From Candidatus Cloacimonadales bacterium (lineage in GTDB: Bacteria; Cloacimonadota; Cloacimonadia; Cloacimonadales; DAONDQ01): DNA of 64,000 bases. How positions within the stretch are numbered: position 1 is the stretch's first letter; the number at the start of each line of letters is the position of its first letter. A model generated the notes under the pieces. The model saw only the letters and a list, made by a program, of their open reading frames with translations, was not told where the DNA came from and did no database searches. Positions 20,402 to 31,267 of this stretch are shown here, in pieces. The stretch spans positions 1,824,001 through 1,888,000 of the forward strand of contig OY759316.1 of the NCBI GenBank assembly GCA_963662275.1, written 5' to 3'. The position numbers and the translations under genes are program-made.

Positions 20402-21635
20402 ATTGGAATAAAAGCATGAATGATAAACTAATCAAGATGATGATCGTAGCCCAGCCAATTATGTTCTGGATTGGTTTATTCACATACTTACCCATAATTT
20501 CCTTATTATTGACTAACAAGATCATGCACACGAGCACAATCGGCAGCAGAATACCATTAATGATCTGTGACCATAAACTGATTTTGACCAATGGAGCATT
20601 GGGAAGCATGATAATGGATGCTCCAATCACAATAATCCCGGTATAAAGCCAATAAAATTGAGGAGCTTCTTTCCATTTTTTATCAATACCCGCTTCAAAT
20701 CCGAAAGCTTCACAAACATAAAAAGCGGTAGCTACTGGTAAGATTGTGGCAGAGAATATAGAAGCGGAGAATAACCCGAAAGCAAATAATAGAGATGACA
20801 TTTCACCTGCCAGGGGTTTCAGGGCTAAGGCTGCATCTTTTGCTTCATGGATCGTTATGCCTTGAAGATGAAGTGTAGAAGCGCAGGCAACAATAATAAA
20901 GAATGCAACTACTACAGTCAGGATTGAACCAACAATCACGTCCATGACGGTATATTTATAATCCTCGATCTGCAATCTTTTTTCGATGACTGCTGATTGC
21001 ATGTAGAATTGCATCCAGGGAGCAATAGTAGTACCAATAATGCCGATAACGACTGATATTGATTGGAAATCCATATTCATCTGAGGTTTCACCAAAGAAG
21101 TTCCTATTTCCTGCCAATTCGGCTTTCCCAGGAGGGCAGAAACTACATAGGATAGCAATAGCGCACTTAATACAAGGAAGATACGTTCAGCTGATTTATA
21201 TGTACCTTTTACAACCATAATCCAGACAACAAAAGCGACAATAGGTATCCCAATATATTTGCTGATCCCAAATACCTGCATACTTCCTGCAACTCCGGCA
21301 AACTCAGTAGTAGTATTAAAAATATTCGATAACAGGATTGGTAAAAAGACAAAAAATGTAAGCTTAACACCAGCATGTTCACGGATTAGGTCAGCAAGAC
21401 CTTTTCCCGTTACAATACCCATCCTGGCATTCATTTCCTGGATTATGACTAATACAAAAAAAGCTGGGATCAGAGTCCAGAGCAGTTGGTATCCATAAAC
21501 CGCACCTGCAACACTATAAGTTGTAATTCCACCTGCATCATTATCAACACTACCTGTCACAATACCCGGTCCAAGGACAGCCAGGAAGATACCGACTTTC
21601 ATCCAGAAATTACGTTTCATAGGCTTTGATGTCAT
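20385..21635 (-). CDS. Nramp-family divalent metal transporter (Mg-type Nramp-related)
   Basis: 'GPG...DNDAGGITTYSVAGA', 'QEMNARMGIVTGKGL', 'GTTIAPW'; about 11 TM segments. Confidence 0.9.
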   Translation of the reverse strand: MTSKPMKRNFWMKVGIFLAVLGPGIVTGSVDNDAGGITTYSVAGAVYGYQLLWTLIPAFFVLVIIQEMNARMGIVTGKGLADLIREHAGVKLTFFVFLPILLSNIFNTTTEFAGVAGSMQVFGISKYIGIPIVAFVVWIMVVKGTYKSAERIFLVLSALLLSYVVSALLGKPNWQEIGTSLVKPQMNMDFQSISVVIGIIGTTIAPWMQFYMQSAVIEKRLQIEDYKYTVMDVIVGSILTVVVAFFIIVACASTLHLQGITIHEAKDAALALKPLAGEMSSLLFAFGLFSASIFSATILPVATAFYVCEAFGFEAGIDKKWKEAPQFYWLYTGIIVIGASIIMLPNAPLVKISLWSQIINGILLPIVLVCMILLVNNKEIMGKYVNKPIQNIIGWATIIILISLSFMLLFQSIFSS

Positions 21636-21648
21636 ATACTTCTCAAGT

Positions 21649-22887
21649 TTATCGTTTACGTAAACGGGTTAATAGATTATATGCAACATCATCGATGATC
21701 ACCATTCCAACCATTTTATGTTCATGGTCAACTACCGGTATACAAGACAGATTATATTTGGAGATTACTTCTGAAAGGTCATCTATCATTTCATCATCAT
21801 AAACATAGATGACTTGTTTATTCATGATTTCACTGAGATGCGTATTAACGTCGGAGATGATTAAATCTCTTAAAGAAAAGCTGGCAATCAAGTGTTCATC
21901 CTGGTCCAGGATATACATGGAATAAATTGTATTCGCTTCCGGTTTGAGACGACGTAGCTCAGCAATTGTATTAGCAACAGAAGTTGATTCATGGAATGCC
22001 ATGAATTCGGTACTCATGAGACTGCCAACCTGGTTCTCCGGATATTCCAGTAATTCCCTGATTTCATCAGATGCCTCAGTTTCCATTTCACTGAGTAATT
22101 CCTCTGCTTTATCATCTTCCATATCGTCCAGGATATCTGCTGCTTCATCAGCAGGCATCTTTTCCAGAACATCAGCAGCTTTTTCCACTGATAGTTTAGA
22201 AATCACATCCTGTTGTACTTCCGGTTCCATTTCTTCCAAAACATCAGCAGCTTTTTCTTCATCGAGGGATAAAAACACATCTAACAAAGATTTGCTGTCT
22301 AACTCTTCAAGGATATCAGCAAGGTCAGAGGGATGGAGCTTGCTCAATTTATCATAAGGTTGTGATAGCTGTATCCCATATCCTTTGTAATTGATGGCTT
22401 CCACTTCCTTCCAAAGAATAAATTCGCTAGGAATATTACCTTTGAAAGGCTTAAGTACCATCTCTAATGGACGATTGACACCTAAGCGTCTTAGCAGACC
22501 TTCCCAGCCCACATCCACTGCCAAGAGAAAAGTACCGGAAGGGATATTTATCAATCGCAGATCATTGACACGAACCACTTTGCGATCTGAAACATCAACC
22601 ACTTGCTTATCTAATAGATGCTTAACCATAAACAAAGCTTGTATAGATGAGATATCAAACTCTTCAATTTGAGGACAGGCTAATACTATTTTACCTTGGC
22701 TGCTGCTGATAGTGTGATTTTTGAGACTTATATATTTGATTTTCTTACCGGATAGGACTTTTGCAGCAACAATATTAGAACGATCAATACTGGCATCAAT
22801 AACTAAATCCAACAATTTGCCGATGACTTGATCGGAACTACCGATAATATCTCTATTGAGTATCTGACTGATGTAAAAAGTTTTCAT
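21649..22887 (-). CDS. PRC + MgtE N-domain + CBS-pair cytoplasmic protein (no MgtE membrane domain)
   Basis: 'LLDKQVVDV..RKVVRVNDL', 'LHPSDLADILEEL', acidic MgtE_N repeats, 'YPENQVGSLMSTEF', CBS pair. Confidence 0.88.
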   Translation of the reverse strand: MKTFYISQILNRDIIGSSDQVIGKLLDLVIDASIDRSNIVAAKVLSGKKIKYISLKNHTISSSQGKIVLACPQIEEFDISSIQALFMVKHLLDKQVVDVSDRKVVRVNDLRLINIPSGTFLLAVDVGWEGLLRRLGVNRPLEMVLKPFKGNIPSEFILWKEVEAINYKGYGIQLSQPYDKLSKLHPSDLADILEELDSKSLLDVFLSLDEEKAADVLEEMEPEVQQDVISKLSVEKAADVLEKMPADEAADILDDMEDDKAEELLSEMETEASDEIRELLEYPENQVGSLMSTEFMAFHESTSVANTIAELRRLKPEANTIYSMYILDQDEHLIASFSLRDLIISDVNTHLSEIMNKQVIYVYDDEMIDDLSEVISKYNLSCIPVVDHEHKMVGMVIIDDVAYNLLTRLRKR

Positions 22888-22889
22888 AG

Positions 22890-22926
22890 CTAATCCTTCC
22901 TCTGGCAGGTATATAGGAAGGACTAA
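22890..22926 (-). promoter_or_regulatory. RBS-sequestering hairpin
   Basis: mRNA UAGUCCUUCCU pairs with AGGAAGGAUUA (11 bp), covering the Shine-Dalgarno of the MgtE-N gene. Confidence 0.7.
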
Positions 22927-22934
22927 CCCTTATG

Positions 22935-23000
22935 TTAAATCTTCCCTGATATCCCTTCCTGGAGATTGTTCAATCGACTAGGGCCAGGTTCTGATTCCAT
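22935..23000 (-). CDS. putative Pro-containing leader peptide MESEPGPSRLNNLQEGISGKI (MgtL-like)
   Basis: 21 codons plus TAA with AGAGG RBS; contains AGGAAGGG able to pair with the anti-SD strand. Confidence 0.65.
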   Translation of the reverse strand: MESEPGPSRLNNLQEGISGKI

Positions 23001-23120
23001 TTAAATCCTCTTACTAGATTTTTATTAAATTCTCAATCTCATTTTCCATGGTTTATGTCAAGTTAAAGAATAACCAGGAAGTTGGATTTCTATCACTAAT
23101 GAGAAAATAATAATCTCATT

Positions 23121-23156
23121 AAAAAAAGCCAACTGCAATATAGCAATTGGCTTTTT
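23121..23156 (-). terminator. intrinsic terminator downstream of the secreted-protein cluster
   Basis: AAAAAAAGCCAACTGC-AATATA-GCAATTGGCTTTTT. Confidence 0.75.
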
Positions 23157-23171
23157 AGTGATACTCGGATG

Positions 23172-26100
23172 TTATTTCAGCATCAGCATCTTATGCGTAA
23201 AACACTTACCTCCTGCCTCCAGGCGATAGAAATACACACCTGTCGCTACTGGTTTGCCAAATGAATTTTTGCCTTCCCATAGAACTTTATGTATGCCTTT
23301 TTCACAGACACCATTTGCCAAAGTCTTTACAACTTGCCCTCTAATATTATAGATTGTCAGCTTGACTTTCTGCTGTTTAGGCAGGGAGAACTCAATCGTA
23401 GTATTTGGATTGAACGGATTCGGATAGTTTTGTCTTAGAGTGACTGCCTGCGGAATTGGAACTTCCTCAACGTTCTTGTTCAATAGAGCCATCAGTTGTT
23501 GCATATGCGCTCTATGATTAACCTTGTAAGTTTTATGGTCAGGATAGCGATATTGAGCGAAATTAGTAGTCACAGGTTTCTTTGATTGTCCCAGGGAAGC
23601 AAGCAGGTAACATATTTCCAGGTCTAATACGGCATTCAATGAATCTACTTCCGATTCCGGATCCTCTAATACCAGTTCAATGAGATCTGCCGCACTTTGA
23701 TAATCCTCAAGTTCAATAAATGTTTTCGCCTGGTAATCACGAACCAGCAGTTTCAGATCAGACAGACTGTCAGGAGTCTGGGTAATTTGCGCATCATAAT
23801 AACTGATCAGGTCATATAAATCCATTTCACCCCAGACAGCATTCTTGAACGATCTATCCACACAACTGCCCCATTGAGAATATTCTTCATCTAAGCGATC
23901 AGATAAGATATCTCGAAATGCATAAGAAGCATTCTCATATGAACAGGAATCTTCAAGCACTCCTGCATTATCATATCGATCCGGATAATATGCAGGTAAA
24001 ACATAATTAAGAGGAGCAGTATCCATATAGTTAGCAATTACCGGATGATTTCCGGAAGTTGTATGCGTATTGATTTCATTATCACCCCAGTAATTTCCGT
24101 CAGCATTGATAAAAGTATAAATTCCAGATGGTTCTTCCGAATTTTGACGTTGTGTATAATAACCGAAATCATAACCTCCTGGACCATTATAGAATTGGTT
24201 GTGTCCCCACCTTAACTGTATGTCATCCCCGTTACTTGTTAAGGCAATACTGGCGAAATTGCTATCAAAATAGTTTCTCGCATTGCTGCCAAGATTCATG
24301 AAGGAAGAACTTACATTGCCAATACCCTGTTCATTTGCTTCGAAATTACTGGTGCATATTCGGGATGATGATTCACGACATAATATACCAACTGACATAT
24401 TATAGAAAGAACATCCGTTGATGTCTCCAATTCTGCTGGTATGCATATTTCCAATAAGATACTCAAGAGATATTCCGTAAGCAGAAGTTAAAGAAAATGA
24501 GTTTTCACCCCCTAAAAAAGTGCAGTTATCTATATTAGGCTGATAACCACTGGTTTCTATCCCGATATAATTAGTTAAAAAAAAAGACAATGTGCTATAG
24601 AACTCAATCCATGAGCACCTTCAATCGCTATTCCGAAAAAACAGCTATTAAAAGTAGAATTACTGATTGCATCTGCATGAGCAACACTGGCTAAGTATTC
24701 TATTCCCTGGTAAAGATTACGGAAAACAGTATGATCAACTACTAGATGATTGGAAGATTGGCTGTAATCAATACCCATTTCTTCTCTATTCCCGGTTCCT
24801 AATGAATATATCAAAGTGGAATCAGATACACTGCCGGTTATGTGAATTGATCTGTTTGAATTGTTCCCGGTGATTTTAATACCTGTTCCATTATGTGGCA
24901 CTAAAATGCTGCCGGATTCAAAAACCAAGGAACTATTGTTTAGTTCCAATGCGATATCAGCATCACTAAACTCACTACCGTTTGTAATCTCTACGACGCA
25001 ATTGGAACATATAATTCCTTTCCAAGTATTTGGAGCATCCATCTCTATCATGGTTGAACTGCTAATCATGATACCGGAACTGTCAGCCGCTATTCCAGCT
25101 CCCAAACCCCACTGGCAGACTGCATTTGAAAGATCAAGCGTGCTCCCGGATTCTACGATGATCTGTGTTGAATCACTTGCATTTAAATTACCGTGTATTC
25201 TCAATACTGAACCATTTGTAACATAAATTTTCTTGTTTTGGGTGAGATACAACGTTGTTCCAGAGAGTATTCGGACAACACCTCCACAATCTATATTGAC
25301 ATCATCAATGGCATAGAAGTCGCGATTTATTGATAATGAATCAGTGACAACTGTCGGTAACACAGCAATGATTTTCCTTAAGCTGGCTTCACCAGGCTCA
25401 AGAGTAATTTGAGCTTTTCCGTCCTGGAAAAACTGGATATCTTTTGTATAAGGGTCATAAAGACCTGGATTTGGTCCATACTCTGATATCATACTTCCAC
25501 CATCCAGAATTGCTAATTCCACGGTTTGGGAAGGCATAGCAACGTATGCATCCTTATAAGCTGACACTGGTGTAAAATACGGATCTGTATATAATGAGGT
25601 TCCTGCAAATGCTGCAGTCCTCCGATTTACCAGCATATAGTAATTATCGATATCACTATGAAAAAAGCCACATTGCACATAACCGTGATATGGTTCTGAA
25701 TCAAATGGACCAGCCATACTGATACTTGTAAAATGTTCTGCCCCACCTGAAAAATCCTGTGAAAGACCTGTTTCACTTTCTATACATTCGGATCCCTTCC
25801 AACTGGCGGTTTTTACGATGGGACCATAGACGAGAATTTTCTCGTTAGCGGATTTGATAGCATGGTAATTGGAAGTCAGTGATAAATCAGGATTGATGAG
25901 AACTGGTTCAGCAAGGCTGTTATTATAAACAGCATAATTGATAATACCTGAAGGTCCATAGCATAAAGGCAGATACTGCAGACATTTTTGTGATGTTGAA
26001 TCCGGATACATGCCCCCCCACCATTTTGGAGGGTTGTCATTTGGATGCCAATCCCCATAGGTTTGAGTAACCGGATAAAAAGACATATTTGTTTCTTTTG

Positions 26101-27532
26101 TTGCTTTGTATTCATCAAGCATTTTCTGAAAATTTCTTTGAATAAATGTGCTGCTTGCAGGATTATTAAAATCTGTATCGAAGCGTATTGGATACAAATG
26201 GAGACATTGAAGATCAGGATGTGCATAACTATTAAAACACTTGGAAACAGAAAAGCTCTCAGAAGAACTTTTTCTTCTATCCATCAGTAAATGATGATTG
26301 GTTGATAGAGGACGAGCAGCAGATGAAGTAGAGTTCACGAGATGATCGTTCACAAGATCACAGGAATCAAAGTTACCGGGATAAGGTTCATTAACACCCA
26401 TATAGGAGATGATGTTATTATGGGGCAGAGTATTGTAATATGATAATCTATCTGCAATCCAAGTATCCAGGGATGAAGGGGTTAGCCGCATCTCCCTGTG
26501 AATATCATCCTCGTACTCAATATAATCCAGATACACCGTTCGATTCTGCTTCCATGATATTATCGGAACTACATAATACAAAGCATAATGGTCTCCCAAA
26601 AACGGTTGGGTACATGATGTGGGTATCACATCTAACTGTGCTAAATCGATGGAATATGTAAATACGCGAAAACCACTATTAGGATGCAATGGATCAACGT
26701 TCAAGTTACTGCTAATATCAGAGACTTTTAGAATTTTCTCATAATTGCCTTCGGGTTGAAAATCCAGACCTTCATAGATTTCATTATTTAACGTAATCCC
26801 AAGAAAATCGACTTTAATCAAGTTATCATCATTACTATTCGTATCATCCCATTTGAGAGCGACACTGATGTATAGTTTGTTATTATGAAGATAAGAATAT
26901 CCTGCACTTGGATTACTATAATTCCAATAGTGGGCAAATTTGAACATGTAAGTCAGGCATTCATCCACTACAGTATCAGGTGCATAGAACCAACGCCAAT
27001 ACATAGGACCTGATATAACTTTCCAGGTACTATCATTCACAGGATTATATGGGCAATACCAATAGGCATTATTTGATACGTTCTGAATATCATGAATAGG
27101 AGATCCGACATTAGGAGTTTTCTCAAACCGATAGAAAAACTTATCATTATCCAGATCACCTGTATTTACTTCTGTATTGAGAGCACCATACTCTTCTTCA
27201 AACCGGAAGTAATTACTAGTGGAAAGAAATTCAATACTCCTATCTGCGCCAACGCCAGTATAATAGGAATACTTATCATTAACGTTGGAATCCATTTCTC
27301 TTTGATCAAGATTGTTCAACAATCCTGTAATAGATTGGTAGGAAGGATTTAACCAATTAACCGTTTCCACGCTATTATAATGAGCTTCTTGGATTAACTG
27401 AAGAACCTGATCATTAGTTGCTGTTAAATTGCTGATGCCGTTAGCACCAAGCAGAAAGTAATCAGAATAATGAGCATGGACCAAACAGGAAAGAAAAAGT
27501 AAAATGCTAAGAATGAAGATAGATTTTTTCAT
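23172..27532 (-). pseudogene. large secreted protein (possible GH-A-like barrel, beta-helix, TPR, FlgD/T9SS-like CTD) split at a T9 homopolymer (ORFs 24575-27532 and 23172-24590)
   Basis: signal peptide in ORF1, 'QNYPNPFNP...IYNIRGQ' CTD in ORF2; beta-helix-like repeats continue across the junction; A9 at 24577-24585; 'GVNEPY' motif. Confidence 0.75.
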
Positions 27533-27565
27533 GAGTCCCCCTTGAAAAAAGTTATTACTATCCAG

Positions 27566-27592
27566 AGGATAGACACATGGGTCTATCCCTAC
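27566..27592 (-). repeat. GTAG-type REP-like hairpin, copy 3 of 3; supplies the TAG stop of the FG-GAP gene
   Basis: reverse complement GTAGGGATAGACCCATGTGTCTATCCT; TAG at 27591-27589. Confidence 0.8.
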
Positions 27593-29253
27593 CTTACTAT
27601 CGTTATTTTTCCTTTATGTTGTGCTTCACCGCTGGTGAAAACACACACATAAACCCCTGATGAAAGATCATTTAAATTGTAAGTCACAGAACCGGATTTG
27701 GCTTGTTCTGCATTCATAGTAAACGACTTGACTTTCTGTCCCCTAATATTAAAGATTTCGAAAGTTGATGTAATCTCCCCTCTTTTGCGTGCAAGAGAGG
27801 GGTCGGGGGTGAGTCGGGGGTCAACAGTGAATCTGATGTTAAGTTCAGAATTCCAAGACTGCAGCGGATTCGGGTACAACTGCAGTTTGGAGATTGCTGG
27901 AGTATTTGCATTATCCGAGATTGGGGTTGGATCATCCAGTTGCGTGTTTCCGGCATAGACAAATACTTTTCCCGGATAAGGAGATCCTGAATAATTAAAC
28001 GGAGCTGATATGGCAGCATCACAACAGCCGTCACCATTGTAATCGCCCATGGTCAGGCAAAAACCATACATTTCATTGTTTTCATTCAGAGACGGTATCA
28101 GATGAAGATCAGGATTTCCATTCATAGGAACACCACCCATCCACAGATACGCATCTCCGTAGCCATCTGCCTGACTGACATTCGTTCCCATCAGATCGTC
28201 TGTGCCATTGCCGTTTACATCACCATGTCCGAAACCTTCACCTGAAGAATTTCCATTGTAAGGTGGTGCAAAACTCACGTATTGAGTACCGTTAAAACCA
28301 GGTCCTCCATAGTATAATCTAGCATCCGAAATAGTAAATGCGCTTACAAAATCAGCATATCCATCCCAATTAAGATCACCGGCAGGATAGGCATAAGGAT
28401 TTCTAAAATTCAACCCGTCACTAATCACAAGGCTATCATTATATACTCCTAATGAATTACCGAAATATAAAATCACTCTGGAAAACCATTCATTATTAAT
28501 CACATATTTGTATCCTATGCAGAAATCAGAAATACCATCGGCATTGACATCTCCTAGTCCATGCATATCAACAACATCTGTCGGAGAGCCTGCTTCCTGG
28601 AAAACATTGTTAGTAAAGCTTCCCCCATATATAATTCCATATGTATTTGATCCTACAAAACCCGGTCTTGCCATAATATATCCAATATCCTCAAAACCAT
28701 CATGATTAATATCTCCTAAACTTCGAACATCGCATTTTTCATTTTCCCATTCCTCTCTCGGGAAAGTGAGCACATAATCGGGAATGGTATCGGGAGTCGC
28801 TCCACCGTAAAACACACAGAGCTGCAGGTCATAATGCTGGTCATTGTTGTCTTCATACATGGTTGCCCGGAATAGTGCCAGGTCATCAATGCTGTCTCCA
28901 TTCATGTCACCCGCATTGCAGAGAGATGTGATGTTTCCATATTCGATTTCGTGTGTTCCGGGCATTTCTATTTCAGGTTCATTATCAAAATTCGGACCTC
29001 CAAAATAGATGTAATATTTACCACATGGAAATGGAGGTGGAGTAGGTGTAAATCCTCCTGTGTTCCAATTCGGTGCAAGGACAACAAGATCATCATAACC
29101 ATCTCCATTCCAATCCAGTGTGGTCATTTGTGCTCCTAAAAGAGAATATTCCTGTTCACCTGTCATTGTAGCAATGATATCCATGTGGTTCAAGGCGGGG
29201 AGAATGCTGGTGAAAAGAAGAACAGCTAAAACAGCTAAAATACCTTTATCCAT
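27589..29253 (-). CDS. secreted FG-GAP (integrin-alpha-like beta-propeller) protein with CTD, paralog 1
   Basis: repeated 'GD.N.DG..D' Ca-binding motifs; signal peptide; C-terminal 'YPNP...FNIRGQKV'. Confidence 0.85.
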   Translation of the reverse strand: MDKGILAVLAVLLFTSILPALNHMDIIATMTGEQEYSLLGAQMTTLDWNGDGYDDLVVLAPNWNTGGFTPTPPPFPCGKYYIYFGGPNFDNEPEIEMPGTHEIEYGNITSLCNAGDMNGDSIDDLALFRATMYEDNNDQHYDLQLCVFYGGATPDTIPDYVLTFPREEWENEKCDVRSLGDINHDGFEDIGYIMARPGFVGSNTYGIIYGGSFTNNVFQEAGSPTDVVDMHGLGDVNADGISDFCIGYKYVINNEWFSRVILYFGNSLGVYNDSLVISDGLNFRNPYAYPAGDLNWDGYADFVSAFTISDARLYYGGPGFNGTQYVSFAPPYNGNSSGEGFGHGDVNGNGTDDLMGTNVSQADGYGDAYLWMGGVPMNGNPDLHLIPSLNENNEMYGFCLTMGDYNGDGCCDAAISAPFNYSGSPYPGKVFVYAGNTQLDDPTPISDNANTPAISKLQLYPNPLQSWNSELNIRFTVDPRLTPDPSLARKRGEITSTFEIFNIRGQKVKSFTMNAEQAKSGSVTYNLNDLSSGVYVCVFTSGEAQHKGKITIVR

Positions 29254-29440
29254 TGGAACTCCTTATTTCTACAACCCACAGAATATAAAATATAATATTC
29301 ACATGTAATTTTCATTCCATAGCAAGTTTTATCCAGTATCTTGCCGGATAATATCCATTTTCACTTTAATTTATCACGTTTCTGTTTACATCGGTAGTTA
29401 TTTCTTCAGGAATGGTGGCAGCATGGTTCACCTTGCTTTC

Positions 29441-29591
29441 GGAACGCTGTTTTCAAACGGCTATGCAGTTTGGTATCACAGACAGTCGTGTCTGTTCTGC
29501 GATGGGGAAGTCCCGTCCCCAGAGCTTTCGAAGAATATGTTTCGAGGTCGGGACGACACTCTCATACAACAGACAAGACTGTCTGTGCTAC
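29441..29591. repeat. cluster of REP-like hairpins between the FG-GAP paralogs
   Basis: GGAACGCTGTTTTCAAACGGCTATGC plus the inverted pair GTATCACAGACAGTCGTGTCTGTT / AACAGACAAGACTGTCTGTGCTAC. Confidence 0.7.
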
Positions 29592-29602
29592 GACTTAGCC
29601 AG

Positions 29603-31267
29603 CTACCGAATCACCGTAATCTTCTGTTTCTGCTGTGCTTCACCGCTTGTGAAAACACACACATAAACCCCTGATGAAAGATCATTTAAATTGTAAGTCA
29701 CAGAACCGGATTTGGCTTGTTCTGCATTCATAGTAAACGACTTGACTTTCTGTCCCCGGATATTATAGATTTCGAAAGTTGCGGTAATCTCCCCTCTTTT
29801 GCGTGCAAGAGAGGGGTAGGGGGTGAGTCGGGGGGCAACAGTGAATCTGACATTAAGTTCAGAATTACAAGACTGCAGCGGATTCGGATACAACTGCAGT
29901 TTGGAGATAGCGGGAGTATTTGTTTCATCAGCATTGGATGTTGGGTCATCCAGTTGCGGGTTTCCGGCATAAACAAATACTTTACCCGGATAAGGAGAAC
30001 CGGAATAATCAAACGGAGCGGATATGGCAGAATCGCAGCAGCCGTCTCCATTGTAATCGCCCATGGTCAGGCAGAAACCATACATCTTATTGTTATCGTT
30101 CAGAGTTGGTGTCAAATGCAGATCGGGACCTCCGTTCATGGGAATGCCTCCTATCCACAGGCAGGCATCTCCATAGCCATCAGCCTGCGTGACATTTGTG
30201 CCCATCAGATCATCTGTGCCATTACCATTCACATCGCCGTGATCAAAGCCATTTTCCCAATTGCCTCCATTATAGGGAGGAGCAATGTTTACACAATTGG
30301 TTCCGTTAAAACCAGGTCCTCCGAAATATATTTTAGCTTCTGTCATAGTAAATGAGCTGACAAAGTCTGAATAACCATCGCCATTTATATCACCTGCGGG
30401 ATAAGCGAAAGGAATTCTGAAATTTGAACCATCACAAATCACAAGACTGTCACTATAAACGTCAGATGGATTCCCATAATATAGAATTACTTTGGAATAT
30501 CTTACATTGTTTATTTTATATTTATAACCCAGGCAAAAATCATCAACACCATCTGTATTGACATCACCCACTCCGCAAATATCAGCCCAATCCAGTGTTG
30601 TACCAGCTTCTATAAAAGCAGTACCAGTCATACTATCACCGTTTACGATTCCAAATGTGTAAGAAGCAATAGGATAATTTTTACCTATAATGTATCCAAT
30701 ATCATTATAACCATCGTGATTGAGATCACCTAAACCACGAACGTAACCAAAGGTATTATCCCATTCCTCCCTCGGGAAAGTGAGCACATAATCGGGGATA
30801 GTATCGGGATTCGCACCGCCGTAAAAGACGCAGAGCTGCAAGTCATAGTACTGATCTATATTCTCTTCATACATCGTCGCCCGAAACAATGCCAGGTCAT
30901 CTATCCCATCACCATTCATATCGCCCGCATTGCACATGGAGGTAATATGACCATATTCGATCTCATGATGACCGGGGATTTCCATTTCCGGAACATTATC
31001 GAAATTCGGACCACCGAAATAAATATAGAGTTTACCATATGGGAATGGAGGAGGTGTTGGAGTAAATCCATTTGGACTCCATTGATTCTCAACTGCAACG
31101 AGATCATCAAAACCATCACCATTCCAGTCGAGCGTGGTCATAATCCAGCCCATTTCTGCAAAATCAAATTCCCCTGTCATGGTGGTCATAATATCCATGT
31201 GGTTTTGGGCAGAGAGAATTCCTGTGAAAAGAAGAACAGCTAAAACAACTAAAATACCTTTATACAT
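29603..31267 (-). CDS. secreted FG-GAP protein with CTD, paralog 2 (tandem duplicate)
   Basis: same length (554 aa) and architecture as paralog 1; about 110 bp of upstream DNA also duplicated. Confidence 0.85.
   Translation of the reverse strand: MYKGILVVLAVLLFTGILSAQNHMDIMTTMTGEFDFAEMGWIMTTLDWNGDGFDDLVAVENQWSPNGFTPTPPPFPYGKLYIYFGGPNFDNVPEMEIPGHHEIEYGHITSMCNAGDMNGDGIDDLALFRATMYEENIDQYYDLQLCVFYGGANPDTIPDYVLTFPREEWDNTFGYVRGLGDLNHDGYNDIGYIIGKNYPIASYTFGIVNGDSMTGTAFIEAGTTLDWADICGVGDVNTDGVDDFCLGYKYKINNVRYSKVILYYGNPSDVYSDSLVICDGSNFRIPFAYPAGDINGDGYSDFVSSFTMTEAKIYFGGPGFNGTNCVNIAPPYNGGNWENGFDHGDVNGNGTDDLMGTNVTQADGYGDACLWIGGIPMNGGPDLHLTPTLNDNNKMYGFCLTMGDYNGDGCCDSAISAPFDYSGSPYPGKVFVYAGNPQLDDPTSNADETNTPAISKLQLYPNPLQSCNSELNVRFTVAPRLTPYPSLARKRGEITATFEIYNIRGQKVKSFTMNAEQAKSGSVTYNLNDLSSGVYVCVFTSGEAQQKQKITVIR

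Noticed and set aside
22888..23100. M-box (ykoK) or yybP riboswitch
   Set aside because: I could not recognise their conserved motifs; the uORF plus anti-SD model explains the leader. An Rfam scan would settle it.
27589..31267. DGR or shufflon acting on the FG-GAP paralogs
   Set aside because: Whole-gene direct duplication with dispersed substitutions; no RT or invertase nearby.
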